From Gammaproteobacteria bacterium (lineage in GTDB: Bacteria > Pseudomonadota > Gammaproteobacteria > GCA-2400775), in assembly GCA_015492075.1 (NCBI GenBank), contig WGFU01000034.1:7566-71565 (forward strand): a DNA stretch of 64,000 bases, written 5' to 3'. Below, piece after piece: positions 26,082-36,530 of the stretch (the first letter of the stretch is position 1; every line of letters begins with the position of its first letter). The notes beneath the pieces were generated by a model. It saw nothing but the letters and a program-made list of their open reading frames with translations. It did no database searches and was not told the origin of the DNA. A program made the translations under genes and the position numbers.

Positions 26082-27277
26082 GTACTACCACGCAGACGCG
26101 GCGTTATGTCAGGCAAGGTGCCAAGCCAGGTGCGGCTGCATCGACATCTGTTGCCGCCATAGATATATCACTTTTGACTGCAATGTTGGTGATAGTCGGC
26201 CTCGGCATTGTTATGGTGGCGTCAGCATCCCTGAGTATCGCCGAAGACCAAACGGGTAATGCACATTACTTCCTTGTGCGCCAAATTAGTCTCTTGGTTG
26301 TTGCATTGATTGTTGCTTATATCTGTTTTCAAGTGCCGATGACAGTTTGGGAACGGCTTGCCCCATGGCTGTTGGTTGCGGCATTTATTTCATTGGCGTT
26401 GGTGTTGGTGCCTGGCATCGGTGTCACCGTTAATGGCGCGCGGCGTTGGATTGATTTGATTGTGCTGCGCCTGCAGCCTTCTGAGTTTGCCAAACTGGCA
26501 TTTCTAATTTATCTGGCTGGCTATTTAAAACATCATCAAGATCAGCTTGGCGACGTGATGAAAGGTTTCATCAAGCCAATGTTAGTATTTACCGCCTTTG
26601 CTTTGTTGTTGTTGTTAGAACCGGACTTCGGGTCTGTGGTGGTGTTGGCCATTTCAGCGTTTGGCTTGATGTTTTTAGCAGGCGTAAAGCTCTATCAGTT
26701 TTTGGTATTGTTGCTCATTGGTGGCGCTAGTCTCGGCGCCCTGGCTGTTTACTCGCCTTATCGATTGGCGCGGCTTACGTCTTTTCTCGATCCATGGCAA
26801 GACCCGTTCGACAGTGGTTTTCAATTAGTGCAGGCCTTGATTGCCTTTGGCCGTGGCGGCTGGTTTGGCGTCGGGTTGGGTGGCGGGGTGCAAAAGCTGT
26901 CATTTTTGCCCGAGGCGCATACCGATTTTTTGTTCGCAGTCATGGCCGAAGAATTGGGTTTGATTGCAGTGCTGAGTGTCATTGCCCTGTTCGGTTATAT
27001 CGTGTTACGTAGTTTCCGTATTGCCCATCAATGCCAACAGCTTGCTATGCCATTTGTCGCATATTTGACTTACGCCATTGCGTTAATGATGGGCATGCAG
27101 GCCTTTATCAATATGGGTGTCAACATGGGTGTGTTGCCAACCAAAGGTTTGACGCTGCCGCTAATGAGTTATGGTGGCTCAAGTATCTTGGTGACCTGTG
27201 TCTGTTGTGCCTTGTTGTTACGTGCCGATTACGAAATGCGGCAGAAAAGGAACAAAGGGAAGCAGCGGCTATGGTGA
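26078..27277 (+). CDS. ftsW: peptidoglycan glycosyltransferase / lipid II flippase FtsW
   Basis: 399 aa, SEDS family (…LQPSEFAKLAFLIYLAGYL…, PEAHTDF…). GTGA overlap with murD. Confidence 0.9.
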   Translation: MSTTTQTRRYVRQGAKPGAAASTSVAAIDISLLTAMLVIVGLGIVMVASASLSIAEDQTGNAHYFLVRQISLLVVALIVAYICFQVPMTVWERLAPWLLVAAFISLALVLVPGIGVTVNGARRWIDLIVLRLQPSEFAKLAFLIYLAGYLKHHQDQLGDVMKGFIKPMLVFTAFALLLLLEPDFGSVVVLAISAFGLMFLAGVKLYQFLVLLLIGGASLGALAVYSPYRLARLTSFLDPWQDPFDSGFQLVQALIAFGRGGWFGVGLGGGVQKLSFLPEAHTDFLFAVMAEELGLIAVLSVIALFGYIVLRSFRIAHQCQQLAMPFVAYLTYAIALMMGMQAFINMGVNMGVLPTKGLTLPLMSYGGSSILVTCVCCALLLRADYEMRQKRNKGKQRLW

Positions 27278-28365
27278 CACGCGTGATGATTATGGCAGGT
27301 GGCACCGGTGGCCATGTTTATCCTGGCCTTGCTGTTGCGGATGAGTTAATGGCGCTTGGCGCCGAAGTGATTTGGTTGGGGACGCGAGAGGGTATTGAGT
27401 CCCGTTTGGTGCCCGCCGCAGGCATTCCTGTGGCGTGGATTTCGATTTCCGGTTTGCGCGGAAAGTCATTGGCGAAGCGGCTCCTCTCCCCGTTTCGCCT
27501 TGCCCTGGCGGTGATGCAGGCAGCAATTGCACTGTTGCGTCATCGCCCGATGGCTGTCCTGGGTATGGGTGGGTTTGTGGCAGGACCAGGTGGCCTCGTG
27601 ACGTGGTTGCTACGTAAGCCTCTATTGGTGCATGAGCAAAATGCGGTTGCTGGCTTAACTAACCGTTTATTGGCACCGTTGGCGAAGCGTGTATTCGAAG
27701 CTTTTCCGGGCAGCTTTCCGCGCCGTTATCATGCTGTATCGGTGGGTAATCCGGTGCGATCTGATATTTGTCAAATCGCGTCGCCTACCAACCGTTTTAT
27801 TGATCGAGATGGTCCTTTGAGGCTGCTGATTGTAGGTGGTAGTCAGGGGGCACAGGTCTTTAACCGTATCGTTCCCGAGTTGTTGCAGCGCTACGCCGGT
27901 TCAGATAAACCTTTGGTGAGGCATCAAACCGGCGAACGTCACTACGCGGCAACATGTGCCTATTATGAAGAATGCGAAGTTGAAGCCGATGTGTCCGCTT
28001 TTCTCAGCGATATTTCGCAGTCATATGCTTGGGCAGATTTAGTGTTGTGCCGGTCGGGAGCATTAACGGTTTCTGAAATCGCTGCTGCGGGTCTTGCGGC
28101 TTTGTTTGTACCCTATCCCTACGCAGTCGATGACCATCAAAGGCAAAACGCGAAGTATTTGGTGGAAAACGGTGCGGCATATTTGCTTGATGAAGATGAT
28201 CTGACGGTTGACTCATTAAAGGCATTAATCGATCAGTTTGTTGATGATGCAAATAATAATCGCGATAAACTGCGTGGCATGGCGATAAAGGCGCGTGGAT
28301 TAGCCTTGCCGAAGTCAGCAAAGCAAGTGGCAGATGCCTGTCTTGAGGAGGCGTTACGTGGCTGA
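27271..28365 (+). CDS. murG: UDP-N-acetylglucosamine--N-acetylmuramyl-(pentapeptide) pyrophosphoryl-undecaprenol GlcNAc transferase
   Basis: The true start at 27271 gives MVTRVMIMAGGTGGHVYPGLAVA. The 240 nt upstream in the track ORF overlap ftsW and are spurious. Confidence 0.9.
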   Translation: MVTRVMIMAGGTGGHVYPGLAVADELMALGAEVIWLGTREGIESRLVPAAGIPVAWISISGLRGKSLAKRLLSPFRLALAVMQAAIALLRHRPMAVLGMGGFVAGPGGLVTWLLRKPLLVHEQNAVAGLTNRLLAPLAKRVFEAFPGSFPRRYHAVSVGNPVRSDICQIASPTNRFIDRDGPLRLLIVGGSQGAQVFNRIVPELLQRYAGSDKPLVRHQTGERHYAATCAYYEECEVEADVSAFLSDISQSYAWADLVLCRSGALTVSEIAAAGLAALFVPYPYAVDDHQRQNAKYLVENGAAYLLDEDDLTVDSLKALIDQFVDDANNNRDKLRGMAIKARGLALPKSAKQVADACLEEALRG

Positions 28366-29806
28366 CGCAATACCTTTCAAGCACGAGCACACGGCATCAT
28401 TGCCTGCTATGGGGCGTATCCGTCGTATGCATTTTGTTGGTATCGGTGGTGCCGGTATGGGCGGCATTGCAGAGTTAGTGCATAACCTGGGTTATCGTGT
28501 CACCGGTTCTGATTCGTCTGTTAATGGCATGGTGCAACGTCTTGCAGGTTTGGGCATAAAAATTCATCAGGGACATAACGCTGACCATGCCAAAGAGTGC
28601 GACGTGGTTATCGTATCGACAGCAGTCAGCGATGAGAACCCTGAGCTTGTGTATGCGCATGAGCAACATATTCCGGTGGTTCCTCGTGCCGAGATGCTGG
28701 CTGAACTGATGCGTTTTCGTTACGGCATCGCTGTCGCGGGTACGCATGGAAAGACCAGTACAACCAGTTTAATTGCAAGTTTGTTAGCTAAAGCTGGCCT
28801 GGATCCTACCTTTGTTATTGGCGGTAAGCTCAACAGTATTGGTGCCAATGCCCAGCTGGGTAGCGGACGTTATTTGGTTGCCGAGGCAGATGAAAGTGAC
28901 GCTTCATTTTTGCATTTGCAGCCAATGATGGCAGTGCTGACGAACATTGATCACGATCATATGTCGACCTATGAGAATGACTTTTCTCGTTTGCGCGACA
29001 CCTTTTTGGAGTTTCTTCATCACTTGCCATTTTATGGTCTTGCTGTGGTGTGTATCGATGATCCGGTGATCAACGCGCTTGTCGATGAGATACAACGACC
29101 GGTTTTGACCTATGGTTTTGATGAGCAGGCGCAGATTAGAGCTAGCGATTTAATGCAGGAAGGTAATGTTAGTCGTTTTAAAGTGGCGCTGCCTTGTGCA
29201 ACAAGTTTGCTTGATGTTCAGCTCAATATGGCCGGTAAGCACAATGTGGAGAATGCCTTAGGTGCTATTGCCGTTGCCTACGAGCTGGGTGTGTCACTTG
29301 ATGTCATGCAAGAGGCATTGTCGACGTTCCAGGGTGTGGATCGTCGTTTGCAGCAGTATGGTGTTATTAGCGTGACCGGCAGACAAGTCTTGATGATAGA
29401 TGATTATGCACACCATCCTACAGAATTGCGTGCTAGCATCGATGCCGTACAGCAAGGGTGGCCGGAAAAACGCCTGGTACTGGTGTTTCAGCCACATCGC
29501 TACAGTCGCACCCGCGACCTGTTTGATGAGTTTGTTCGCATTCTTGCCGAGGTTGATGTGTTGCTGCTGCTTGATGTTTACGCGGCGGGTGAGACACCTA
29601 TCAGTGGTGCCGGCAGCGCAGACCTTTGCCGTAGCATTCGCGCGCGTGGTGGTGTTGATCCCCTGCTGATTAAGGACATGGATGAACTGGTGGCTACGCT
29701 AAAAAATGTGTTGTCAGATAATGATCTCGTATTGACTTTAGGCGCGGGTGATATCGGTCACATGGCGGCTGAGCTGCCAGCTCGGCTGGAGGCGTGCTGC
29801 GCATGA
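28358..29806 (+). CDS. murC: UDP-N-acetylmuramate--L-alanine ligase
   Basis: GTG 28358 sits behind GAGGAG and gives an N-terminus matching the E. coli MurC length before RRMHFVGIGGAGMGGIAE. GTHGKTSTT P-loop. Confidence 0.9.
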   Translation: MADAIPFKHEHTASLPAMGRIRRMHFVGIGGAGMGGIAELVHNLGYRVTGSDSSVNGMVQRLAGLGIKIHQGHNADHAKECDVVIVSTAVSDENPELVYAHEQHIPVVPRAEMLAELMRFRYGIAVAGTHGKTSTTSLIASLLAKAGLDPTFVIGGKLNSIGANAQLGSGRYLVAEADESDASFLHLQPMMAVLTNIDHDHMSTYENDFSRLRDTFLEFLHHLPFYGLAVVCIDDPVINALVDEIQRPVLTYGFDEQAQIRASDLMQEGNVSRFKVALPCATSLLDVQLNMAGKHNVENALGAIAVAYELGVSLDVMQEALSTFQGVDRRLQQYGVISVTGRQVLMIDDYAHHPTELRASIDAVQQGWPEKRLVLVFQPHRYSRTRDLFDEFVRILAEVDVLLLLDVYAAGETPISGAGSADLCRSIRARGGVDPLLIKDMDELVATLKNVLSDNDLVLTLGAGDIGHMAAELPARLEACCA

Positions 29807-30723
29807 TGGCGATGTTAGATTACATACCGTTACGCGGGCAACTCAAGTTGAATGAGCCGATGCAACAACATACCTCATGGCGTGTTGGCGGTACGGCGGA
29901 TCGTTTTTATCAACCGGCAGATATTGATGACTTGGCAAATTTTTTGCGCCAGCTTGAGCCGAATGAACCGCTGCATTGGCTTGGGCTGGGAAGTAATTTA
30001 TTAGTTAGGGATGGTGGTTTGCGTGGCACAGCCATAGCTTTGTTTGGCGTGTTGGATGCTATGCAACCATTGCCCGATGATATGGTGGAAGTTGAAGCAG
30101 GTGTCAGCTGCGCCAAGCTGGCCCGTTTTTGTGCCAAGCATGGTTTGGTTGGCGCCGAATTTTTTGCCGGTATTCCTGGTACGGTCGGCGGCGCGCTGGC
30201 TATGAACGCTGGTGCTTATGGTGGGGAAACCTGGTCCAAGGTGATATCAGTTGAGACCATAGATCGCTACGGTCAACGTCATCGTCGCACTCCCGCTGAT
30301 TTTGTTATTGGCTATCGTAGCGTGATCAGTGATCGTGAGGAGTGGTTTGTTTCATCGTGCTTCGCATTGACTGCGGGTGACTCAGATGCCAGTAGTCGTA
30401 AGATCAGGAAATTGCTGCGCCAACGCGCAGAGTCTCAGCCGTTGTCATTGCCTAGCTGTGGCTCGGTGTTTCGCAACCCTGTTGGTGATCATGCAGCACG
30501 TTTGATCGAGGCGAGTGGATTAAAAGGTTACCGAGTGGGAGGTGCCTGCGTTTCCGCGCAGCATGCAAATTTTATTGTTAACGATGCAAAGGCCCGCGCC
30601 AGTGATATTGAGCAATTGATTGTTGATATTTCGGATAGAGTATTTGCCGATCATGGCGTTCGCTTGCAACCGGAGGTAAGGGTTGTAGGTGAAGCGGTTA
30701 AGGAGAATGGGCGTGGTCGATAA
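29803..30723 (+). CDS. murB: UDP-N-acetylenolpyruvoylglucosamine reductase
   Basis: ATGA overlap with the murC stop. …HTSWRVGGTADRFYQP…GLGSNLLVRD… FAD-binding motifs. Confidence 0.9.
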   Translation: MMAMLDYIPLRGQLKLNEPMQQHTSWRVGGTADRFYQPADIDDLANFLRQLEPNEPLHWLGLGSNLLVRDGGLRGTAIALFGVLDAMQPLPDDMVEVEAGVSCAKLARFCAKHGLVGAEFFAGIPGTVGGALAMNAGAYGGETWSKVISVETIDRYGQRHRRTPADFVIGYRSVISDREEWFVSSCFALTAGDSDASSRKIRKLLRQRAESQPLSLPSCGSVFRNPVGDHAARLIEASGLKGYRVGGACVSAQHANFIVNDAKARASDIEQLIVDISDRVFADHGVRLQPEVRVVGEAVKENGRGR

Positions 30724-30724
30724 T

Positions 30725-31726
30725 ATGCATGCCACCTTGCGGCTCGGCGCAACGATGCAGCGTGATGTCGAGGAGTACGGCAGAACAGCGGTGCTGTTTG
30801 GCGGAAATGCCGCAGAGCGTGATATTTCATTAAGTAGTGGTAAAGCTGTGTTAGACGCCTTGCGCGAAAATGGCGTTGATGCTGAAGCTCTTGATCCAAA
30901 GACAGATTCACTTTCAGTGCTTGAACAATTTGACCGTGCCTTTATCGTGTTGCATGGGCGTGGTGGTGAGGACGGGACCATACAGGGTTACCTGGAAACG
31001 CTAGGGGTTGCCTATACTGGTAGCCGGGTGCTTGGGTCGGCGATTGCCATGGACAAAATACGCAGCAAGCAATTGTGGCAGGCGCAAGCTATTCCCACGC
31101 CAAGATTTATCACTTGTGATGCCAATACGGATGTCGAGCAGTGTTCGCTAGCGTTCCCTGTTGTAGTGAAACCCGCCAATGAAGGATCTAGCCTCGGTAT
31201 GAGCAAGGTAGACAATATCGCTGCTTTAGCGGCTGCTATTGATCTCGCTGCTGGCTTTGATTCAGAAATATTAATAGAAGAATGGGTGCGGGGTATGGAG
31301 TATACCGTTGCCATCCTGGCCGATACCGCCTTGCCCGTGATACGTATCGAAACGACAACTCAGTTTTACGACTATGACGCGAAATATCTTCGTGATGATA
31401 CCCGCTATCGCTGCCCTTGTGGTCTTAGCCCAGAGCAGGAAAAAGAGTTACAAGAGCTTGCTCTGGATGCCTTTGCCGCAGTGTCGGCCTCAGGCTGGGG
31501 TCGTGTGGATATTATGGTCGACCATGCGGGCCAAGCCTACCTCATCGAAGTGAATACGGTACCGGGTATGACGGATCACAGTCTTGTGCCGAAGGCGGCC
31601 AAGGCGGCGGGGCTGAGTTTTTCTGAATTGGTGCTGCGTATTTTAGATACCAGTTTTACCGGTGCGCATATTGATACCTCAGCCGGTGCGATGTTCGTTG
31701 AGCATGGAGTGGTCAATGGCCTTTAA
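30725..31726 (+). CDS. ddl: D-alanine--D-alanine ligase
   Basis: …VLFGGNAAERDISLSSG…, VVKPANEGSSLGMSKV, EVNTVPGMT. Start is either 30725 or 30755. Confidence 0.9.
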   Translation: MHATLRLGATMQRDVEEYGRTAVLFGGNAAERDISLSSGKAVLDALRENGVDAEALDPKTDSLSVLEQFDRAFIVLHGRGGEDGTIQGYLETLGVAYTGSRVLGSAIAMDKIRSKQLWQAQAIPTPRFITCDANTDVEQCSLAFPVVVKPANEGSSLGMSKVDNIAALAAAIDLAAGFDSEILIEEWVRGMEYTVAILADTALPVIRIETTTQFYDYDAKYLRDDTRYRCPCGLSPEQEKELQELALDAFAAVSASGWGRVDIMVDHAGQAYLIEVNTVPGMTDHSLVPKAAKAAGLSFSELVLRILDTSFTGAHIDTSAGAMFVEHGVVNGL

Positions 31727-32546
31727 ACGACGCAAGCGCAATCGGAAACAGCTCGGTGTTGTTGCGCGGGTTACGCGTTATGGCTCGCTATTGATGACCA
31801 TGGCGGGAACAATTTTAGTTATCGCTCTGGTGATTACCACGGCAAGGTGGCTGGCAGATAGCGATAATTTCCCTATTACCAAGGTCAACGTTGAAGGCGG
31901 ATTTCAGTACGTGTCGCCGGAGGCAGTGCGTGCAGTGGTGCTGCCTTTTGTCGGCAGTGGTTTTTTTCAGCTCGATGTTGGCCTCATCAAGCAGACTTTG
32001 GGTGAGATGCCATGGGTTGACGCCGTAGTGGTGCGCAAGGTTTGGCCTGACACCGTGTTTGTGCATGTGAAGGAGCAAGTTGCCGTGGCACGTTGGCGCG
32101 ATAATGGTTTGATAAATCGCGCCGGTGAATCGTTTTACCCGGACTTGGACACTATCGATCAAAGCCTACCATTGTTGGTCGGGCCAGATGGCAGCGAAAA
32201 ACTGGTGGCAGATCAATATAAAACGATTGCAGCGTTACTGGCAAACGTTGATGTCAGGTTGGTGCGTCTGGACTACACTGCGCGCGGTTCGTGGCAATTG
32301 GAATTTAGTGGTGGTCAGGTGGTTATGTTGGGGCGTGAGAATATTGACCAACGTATGCATCGGCTTGCGAATTTGTATCGAGAGCTTGAACAAAGCCATC
32401 CCAACGCGAGCCTTGCCACTGTGGATATGCGTTATGACACCGGTATTGCTGTGCAATGGCGGCAACAGTCGGATGCGGAATGCAAAAAACCTGATGCCTG
32501 TCGACAGGCATCGATTGCCAACAATCAAAGGGAGCTGATTTTTTAG
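31716..32546 (+). CDS. ftsQ: cell division protein FtsQ
   Basis: ATG 31716 gives MAFKRRKRNRKQ, followed by a TM and POTRA/FtsQ domains. Overlaps the ddl end. Confidence 0.85.
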   Translation: MAFKRRKRNRKQLGVVARVTRYGSLLMTMAGTILVIALVITTARWLADSDNFPITKVNVEGGFQYVSPEAVRAVVLPFVGSGFFQLDVGLIKQTLGEMPWVDAVVVRKVWPDTVFVHVKEQVAVARWRDNGLINRAGESFYPDLDTIDQSLPLLVGPDGSEKLVADQYKTIAALLANVDVRLVRLDYTARGSWQLEFSGGQVVMLGRENIDQRMHRLANLYRELEQSHPNASLATVDMRYDTGIAVQWRQQSDAECKKPDACRQASIANNQRELIF

Positions 32547-32548
32547 CA

Positions 32549-33781
32549 ATGGCAAAACGAACAGAAAAAGAACTGATAGTCGGGCTTGATATTGGCACCT
32601 CTAAAGTGGTTGCTATTGTTTGCGAGATTAACCAAGCAGGCGAGATTGAAATTATTGGCGTTGGTTCGCATGTATCGCGAGGGCTGAAGAAAGGCGTGGT
32701 GGTTAATATCGAGTCGACGGTGCAGTCGATTCAGCGAGCCGTTGAAGAAGCGGAACTTATGGCCGGTTGCCAGATACATTCTGTTTATGTCGGCATCGCC
32801 GGCAGTCATATCAGAAGTCTTAACTCGCATGGCATTGTTGCCATTAAAGACAAAGAGGTGATATCAGGTGATGTCGAGCGTGTAATTGATGCTGCGCGAG
32901 CAGTGGCTGTGCCAGCAGATCAGAAGATTCTTCATGTTCTACCGCAGGAATACATTATTGATAACCAGGAAGGTATTCGCGAACCTATTGGTATGTCAGG
33001 TGTGCGTCTGGAGGCGAAGGTACATCTGGTTACCGGTGCGGTAAGCGCGGCGCAAAACATTATAAAATGCATCCGTCGTTGCGGACTTGAAGTGGACGAG
33101 GTGATTCTTGAGCAGCTGGCTTCTAGTTATGCGGTGCTGACCGACGATGAGCGAGAATTGGGTGTATGCCTGGTAGACATCGGTGGGGGTACGACAGATA
33201 TTGCGGTATTTTCTGATGGCGCCATCCAGCACACCGCAGTGATTCCTATAGCGGGTGACCAGGTGACAAATGATATTGCGGTGGCGCTGCGGACACCAAC
33301 ACCTAATGCAGAAGATATAAAAATCAAGTATGCCTGCGCACTAACACAATTAGCAGGACAAGATCAGACTATTGAAGTGCCGAGCGTAGGCGATCGGCCG
33401 CCGCGACGTTTGTCACGCCAGACCCTGGCAGAGGTGGTTGAGCCGCGCTACGAAGAATTACTTACCCTGGTTCAGGCCGAGCTGCGACGTAGCGGCTATG
33501 AAGATCTGGTGGCGGCTGGTGTCGTGCTTACTGGTGGGTCATCAAAGATGGAAGGTTTAATTGAGCTGGCTGAGGAGATTTTTCATATGCCGGTACGGCT
33601 TGGTTCGCCACAGTACAGCGGCGGCCTGGTGGATGTAGTGCGTAATCCGATTTATGCGACAGGAGTGGGTTTACTCCTGTTTGGTGGTAACGATAAGCGC
33701 GAAAGCAGGGTGGACATGCACAAAAGTGCGTCGCGTGCACTTTGGGGTCGCGTGCAAAGCTGGTTTCAGGGCAATTATTGA
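32549..33781 (+). CDS. ftsA: cell division protein FtsA
   Basis: 410 aa. LIVGLDIGTSKVVAIV…DIGGGTTDIAVF are actin-fold motifs. Confidence 0.95.
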   Translation: MAKRTEKELIVGLDIGTSKVVAIVCEINQAGEIEIIGVGSHVSRGLKKGVVVNIESTVQSIQRAVEEAELMAGCQIHSVYVGIAGSHIRSLNSHGIVAIKDKEVISGDVERVIDAARAVAVPADQKILHVLPQEYIIDNQEGIREPIGMSGVRLEAKVHLVTGAVSAAQNIIKCIRRCGLEVDEVILEQLASSYAVLTDDERELGVCLVDIGGGTTDIAVFSDGAIQHTAVIPIAGDQVTNDIAVALRTPTPNAEDIKIKYACALTQLAGQDQTIEVPSVGDRPPRRLSRQTLAEVVEPRYEELLTLVQAELRRSGYEDLVAAGVVLTGGSSKMEGLIELAEEIFHMPVRLGSPQYSGGLVDVVRNPIYATGVGLLLFGGNDKRESRVDMHKSASRALWGRVQSWFQGNY

Positions 33782-33825
33782 TCCTGTTCAATGATGGGTG
33801 GCGAGTTTAAATGAGGAGAGAGAAC

Positions 33826-34989
33826 ATGTTTGAATTACTGGATGGACATAATCAAAATGCCGTAATCAAAGTCATCGGTATCGGTGGTGGCGGTGGCAAC
33901 GCAGTTGAACATATGGTGGCTGCTGATATTGATGGCGTTGACTTTATTTGCGTAAATACCGATGCGCAAGCGCTAAAAAATGCACAAGCGCGCACTATTT
34001 TGCAAGTAGGCGATGGTCTCACTAAAGGCCTGGGTGCGGGGTCGAACCCGGAAATTGGCCGCCAGGCGGCCTTGGAAGATCGCGACCGTATCGCCGAGAT
34101 TATCGATGGTGCGGATATGGTCTTTATTACTGCCGGTATGGGTGGAGGCACCGGTACTGGCGGAGCGCCAGTGATTGCACAGATAGCAAAAGAGATGGGA
34201 ATATTGACTGTGGCGGTCGTGACCAAGCCATTCCCATTTGAAGGTAATAAGCGGACAGCAATTGCCGATGCCGGTATAGAGGCATTAGGTCAGTATGTTG
34301 ACTCTCTTATTACCATTCCTAACGAAAAATTGTTGTCCGTGTTTGATCGTAACACCTCATTGCTTGATGCTTTTAAGGGTGCTAACGACGTATTGCTTGG
34401 AGCAGTACAAGGTATTGCTGAATTGATTACTCGCCCTGGTTTGATTAACGTTGACTTTGCCGACGTGCGCACCGTTATGTCAGAGATGGGTATGGCGATG
34501 ATGGGTTCAGGTGCCGCTACCGGTGAAGACCGGGCACGGGAAGCCGCAGAGCGCGCAGTCGCCAGTCCGCTGTTGGAAGATATCAATCTTGCCGGTGCCC
34601 GCGGTATTTTGGTTAATGTGACTGCGGGCCTGGATCTTTCTATCGGTGAATTCGCTGAAGTGGGTGACACCGTAAAGGCGTTTGCCTCTGACGATGCGAC
34701 GGTCGTAATGGGTACCGTGCTTGATGCAGATCTTGCGGGCGAGATTCGAGTGACGGTGGTAGCCACAGGTTTGGGCCAGGAGCGGCGTGAGTTGGTCGAA
34801 GAAGCGCCGGTTCGTCTGGTATATAAGGAGGCTAACGGTGCTGCAGTTGATTATGACAACCTTGATCGGCCGACTGTCATGCGCGGGAATCCGGCTCCTG
34901 CGAGTGATCGCTATGCCGGTCAGGATCAGTCATCGAGCAGTCTTGAGTACCTGGACGTGCCGGCATTTTTACGTCGTCAGGCTGATTAA
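33826..34989 (+). CDS. ftsZ: cell division protein FtsZ
   Basis: ATG 33826 follows GAGGAGAG. VIGIGGGGGNAV, GGGTGTGGAPV, and a C-terminal LDVPAFLRRQAD peptide. Confidence 0.95.
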   Translation: MFELLDGHNQNAVIKVIGIGGGGGNAVEHMVAADIDGVDFICVNTDAQALKNAQARTILQVGDGLTKGLGAGSNPEIGRQAALEDRDRIAEIIDGADMVFITAGMGGGTGTGGAPVIAQIAKEMGILTVAVVTKPFPFEGNKRTAIADAGIEALGQYVDSLITIPNEKLLSVFDRNTSLLDAFKGANDVLLGAVQGIAELITRPGLINVDFADVRTVMSEMGMAMMGSGAATGEDRAREAAERAVASPLLEDINLAGARGILVNVTAGLDLSIGEFAEVGDTVKAFASDDATVVMGTVLDADLAGEIRVTVVATGLGQERRELVEEAPVRLVYKEANGAAVDYDNLDRPTVMRGNPAPASDRYAGQDQSSSSLEYLDVPAFLRRQAD

Positions 34990-35134
34990 GCGGGGATACA
35001 GCTAACAAAAGCTAAATTATATTCACGCTTGGCCGAAACTGTGATATTGGCATCGTTTTTGACAATCGATATTGATGTAGTGTAAAAGGCTGTTATAAAT
35101 CAAGGAATTGCGGGCAAGGTCCGACAAAGACATT

Positions 35135-36046
35135 ATGATCAGACAACGAACTCTAAAAAATGTGATTCGCGCCACTGGCGTAGGGCTACACACCGGTAAG
35201 AAAGTGCTGCTAACCTTGCGTCCTGCTGCCGTGGACACGGGCATCATTTTTCGTCGGGTTGATCTTGATGACAACCCCGAGATTCCCGCGCATCCTAATA
35301 ATGTTGGCGACACCAGCATGTCGACGACTCTCGTTTATAACGGTATTCGTGTATCGACCGTTGAACATTTGTTGTCAGCGATGGCAGGTTTGGGCATTGA
35401 TAACGCCTATGTCGATATCAGTACTGCCGAGGTTCCTATCATGGATGGCAGTGCCGGCCCATTTGTGTTTTTGCTGCAATCTGCAGGTATTGAAGAGCAA
35501 AACGCAGCCAAGCGCTTCATCCGCATCAAACAATCTGTTGAAGTGGTTGATGGTGATAAGTGGGTTCGATTCGAACCTTTTGACGGTTTTAAGGTGACTT
35601 TTAATATCGATTTTGATCACCCGGCATTTCGCGAGCGCGCACAGACCGCGACAGTAGATTTTTCGACCACGTCTTTTGTTAAAGAGGTGAGTCGTGCGCG
35701 CACATTTGGTTTTATGCGTGACCTGGAACAGTTGCAGGCGCGTAATTTAGCCTTAGGTGGCAGCATGGAAAATGCGGTAGTTGTGGATGACTATCGCATC
35801 CTTAATGAAGATGGCCTGCGCTATGACGACGAATTTGTTAAGCACAAAGTGCTGGACGCCATTGGTGACCTGTATCTTCTGGGCCATAGCTTGATCGGTG
35901 CTTTCAGTGGTCATAAATCTGGTCATGCTTTGAATAATCGCTTGTTACGCGAGCTGCTTAAAAATCAAGAAGCGTGGGAAGTGGTCACTTTCGATGAATC
36001 CGAGCCTGCGCCAATATCATTTACCCAGCCCGTCTCTGTTAGTTAA
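35135..36046 (+). CDS. lpxC: UDP-3-O-acyl-N-acetylglucosamine deacetylase
   Basis: [24 protein letters not shown] is near-identical to the E. coli N-terminus. 303 aa. Confidence 0.95.
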   Translation: MIRQRTLKNVIRATGVGLHTGKKVLLTLRPAAVDTGIIFRRVDLDDNPEIPAHPNNVGDTSMSTTLVYNGIRVSTVEHLLSAMAGLGIDNAYVDISTAEVPIMDGSAGPFVFLLQSAGIEEQNAAKRFIRIKQSVEVVDGDKWVRFEPFDGFKVTFNIDFDHPAFRERAQTATVDFSTTSFVKEVSRARTFGFMRDLEQLQARNLALGGSMENAVVVDDYRILNEDGLRYDDEFVKHKVLDAIGDLYLLGHSLIGAFSGHKSGHALNNRLLRELLKNQEAWEVVTFDESEPAPISFTQPVSVS

Positions 36047-36093
36047 ATTTGCTAGCTTTGTTTGCTTAGTGTTGTTGGCTCTTGCCGAGAGCT

Positions 36094-36423
36094 TTAAGAA
36101 GCATCTGTGATGCCGGGTGACACCTTGACCTTTATGAATCGAATGGCGGGTAAGGAAGCCTCCTGTTTGAGTTTGCCGATGAGGTCGCGACTTAAGTAAC
36201 GCAGTTTTGAAGCCCAGGCGGGCGAGTCAGTGACAATAGTGAGCTCGGAATCGTTAATTGCTGTCACCCAGCAATGATCGTGCATAGCCATTGGTAGGTA
36301 TTTGGTGACCTGCTGAGTGAGTTCCATGCGCGCGCTGGCACCGGCTATTAAGTCCGACAATCCGCCCTCGCGCGTACGTAGTATTTGGCTGATAGATCGC
36401 GGTCGTGTCGTTGTAGTTGTCAT
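36094..36423 (-). CDS. DUF721 domain protein (the family that includes the helicase loader DciA)
   Basis: 109 aa. The pattern …HCWVTAINDSELTIVTDSPAWASKLRYLSRDLIGKL… is typical of DUF721. It occupies the lpxC/secA spacer, as in Pseudomonas (from memory). Confidence 0.6.
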   Translation of the reverse strand: MTTTTTRPRSISQILRTREGGLSDLIAGASARMELTQQVTKYLPMAMHDHCWVTAINDSELTIVTDSPAWASKLRYLSRDLIGKLKQEASLPAIRFIKVKVSPGITDAS

Positions 36424-36530
36424 TGGACTTGCTTTTTACCCTAGGCGCCACCAGCTTAGCAATGTTACTATTTCGCGCGCAAGTCGCACACTTTCCTAAA
36501 ACCTACGTAAGCTACTAATTTTAATACAAA

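Noticed and set aside
27031-27270. Upstream 80 codons of the murG track ORF. Similar upstream extensions occur at sspB (11980-12162), glnB (61017-61160), pyrE (52017-52067), lpxC, ftsZ, argB, dut and ftsQ.
   Set aside because: Each extension overlaps the preceding gene or lacks homology. Conserved N-termini and SD sequences identify the internal starts used in the feature list.
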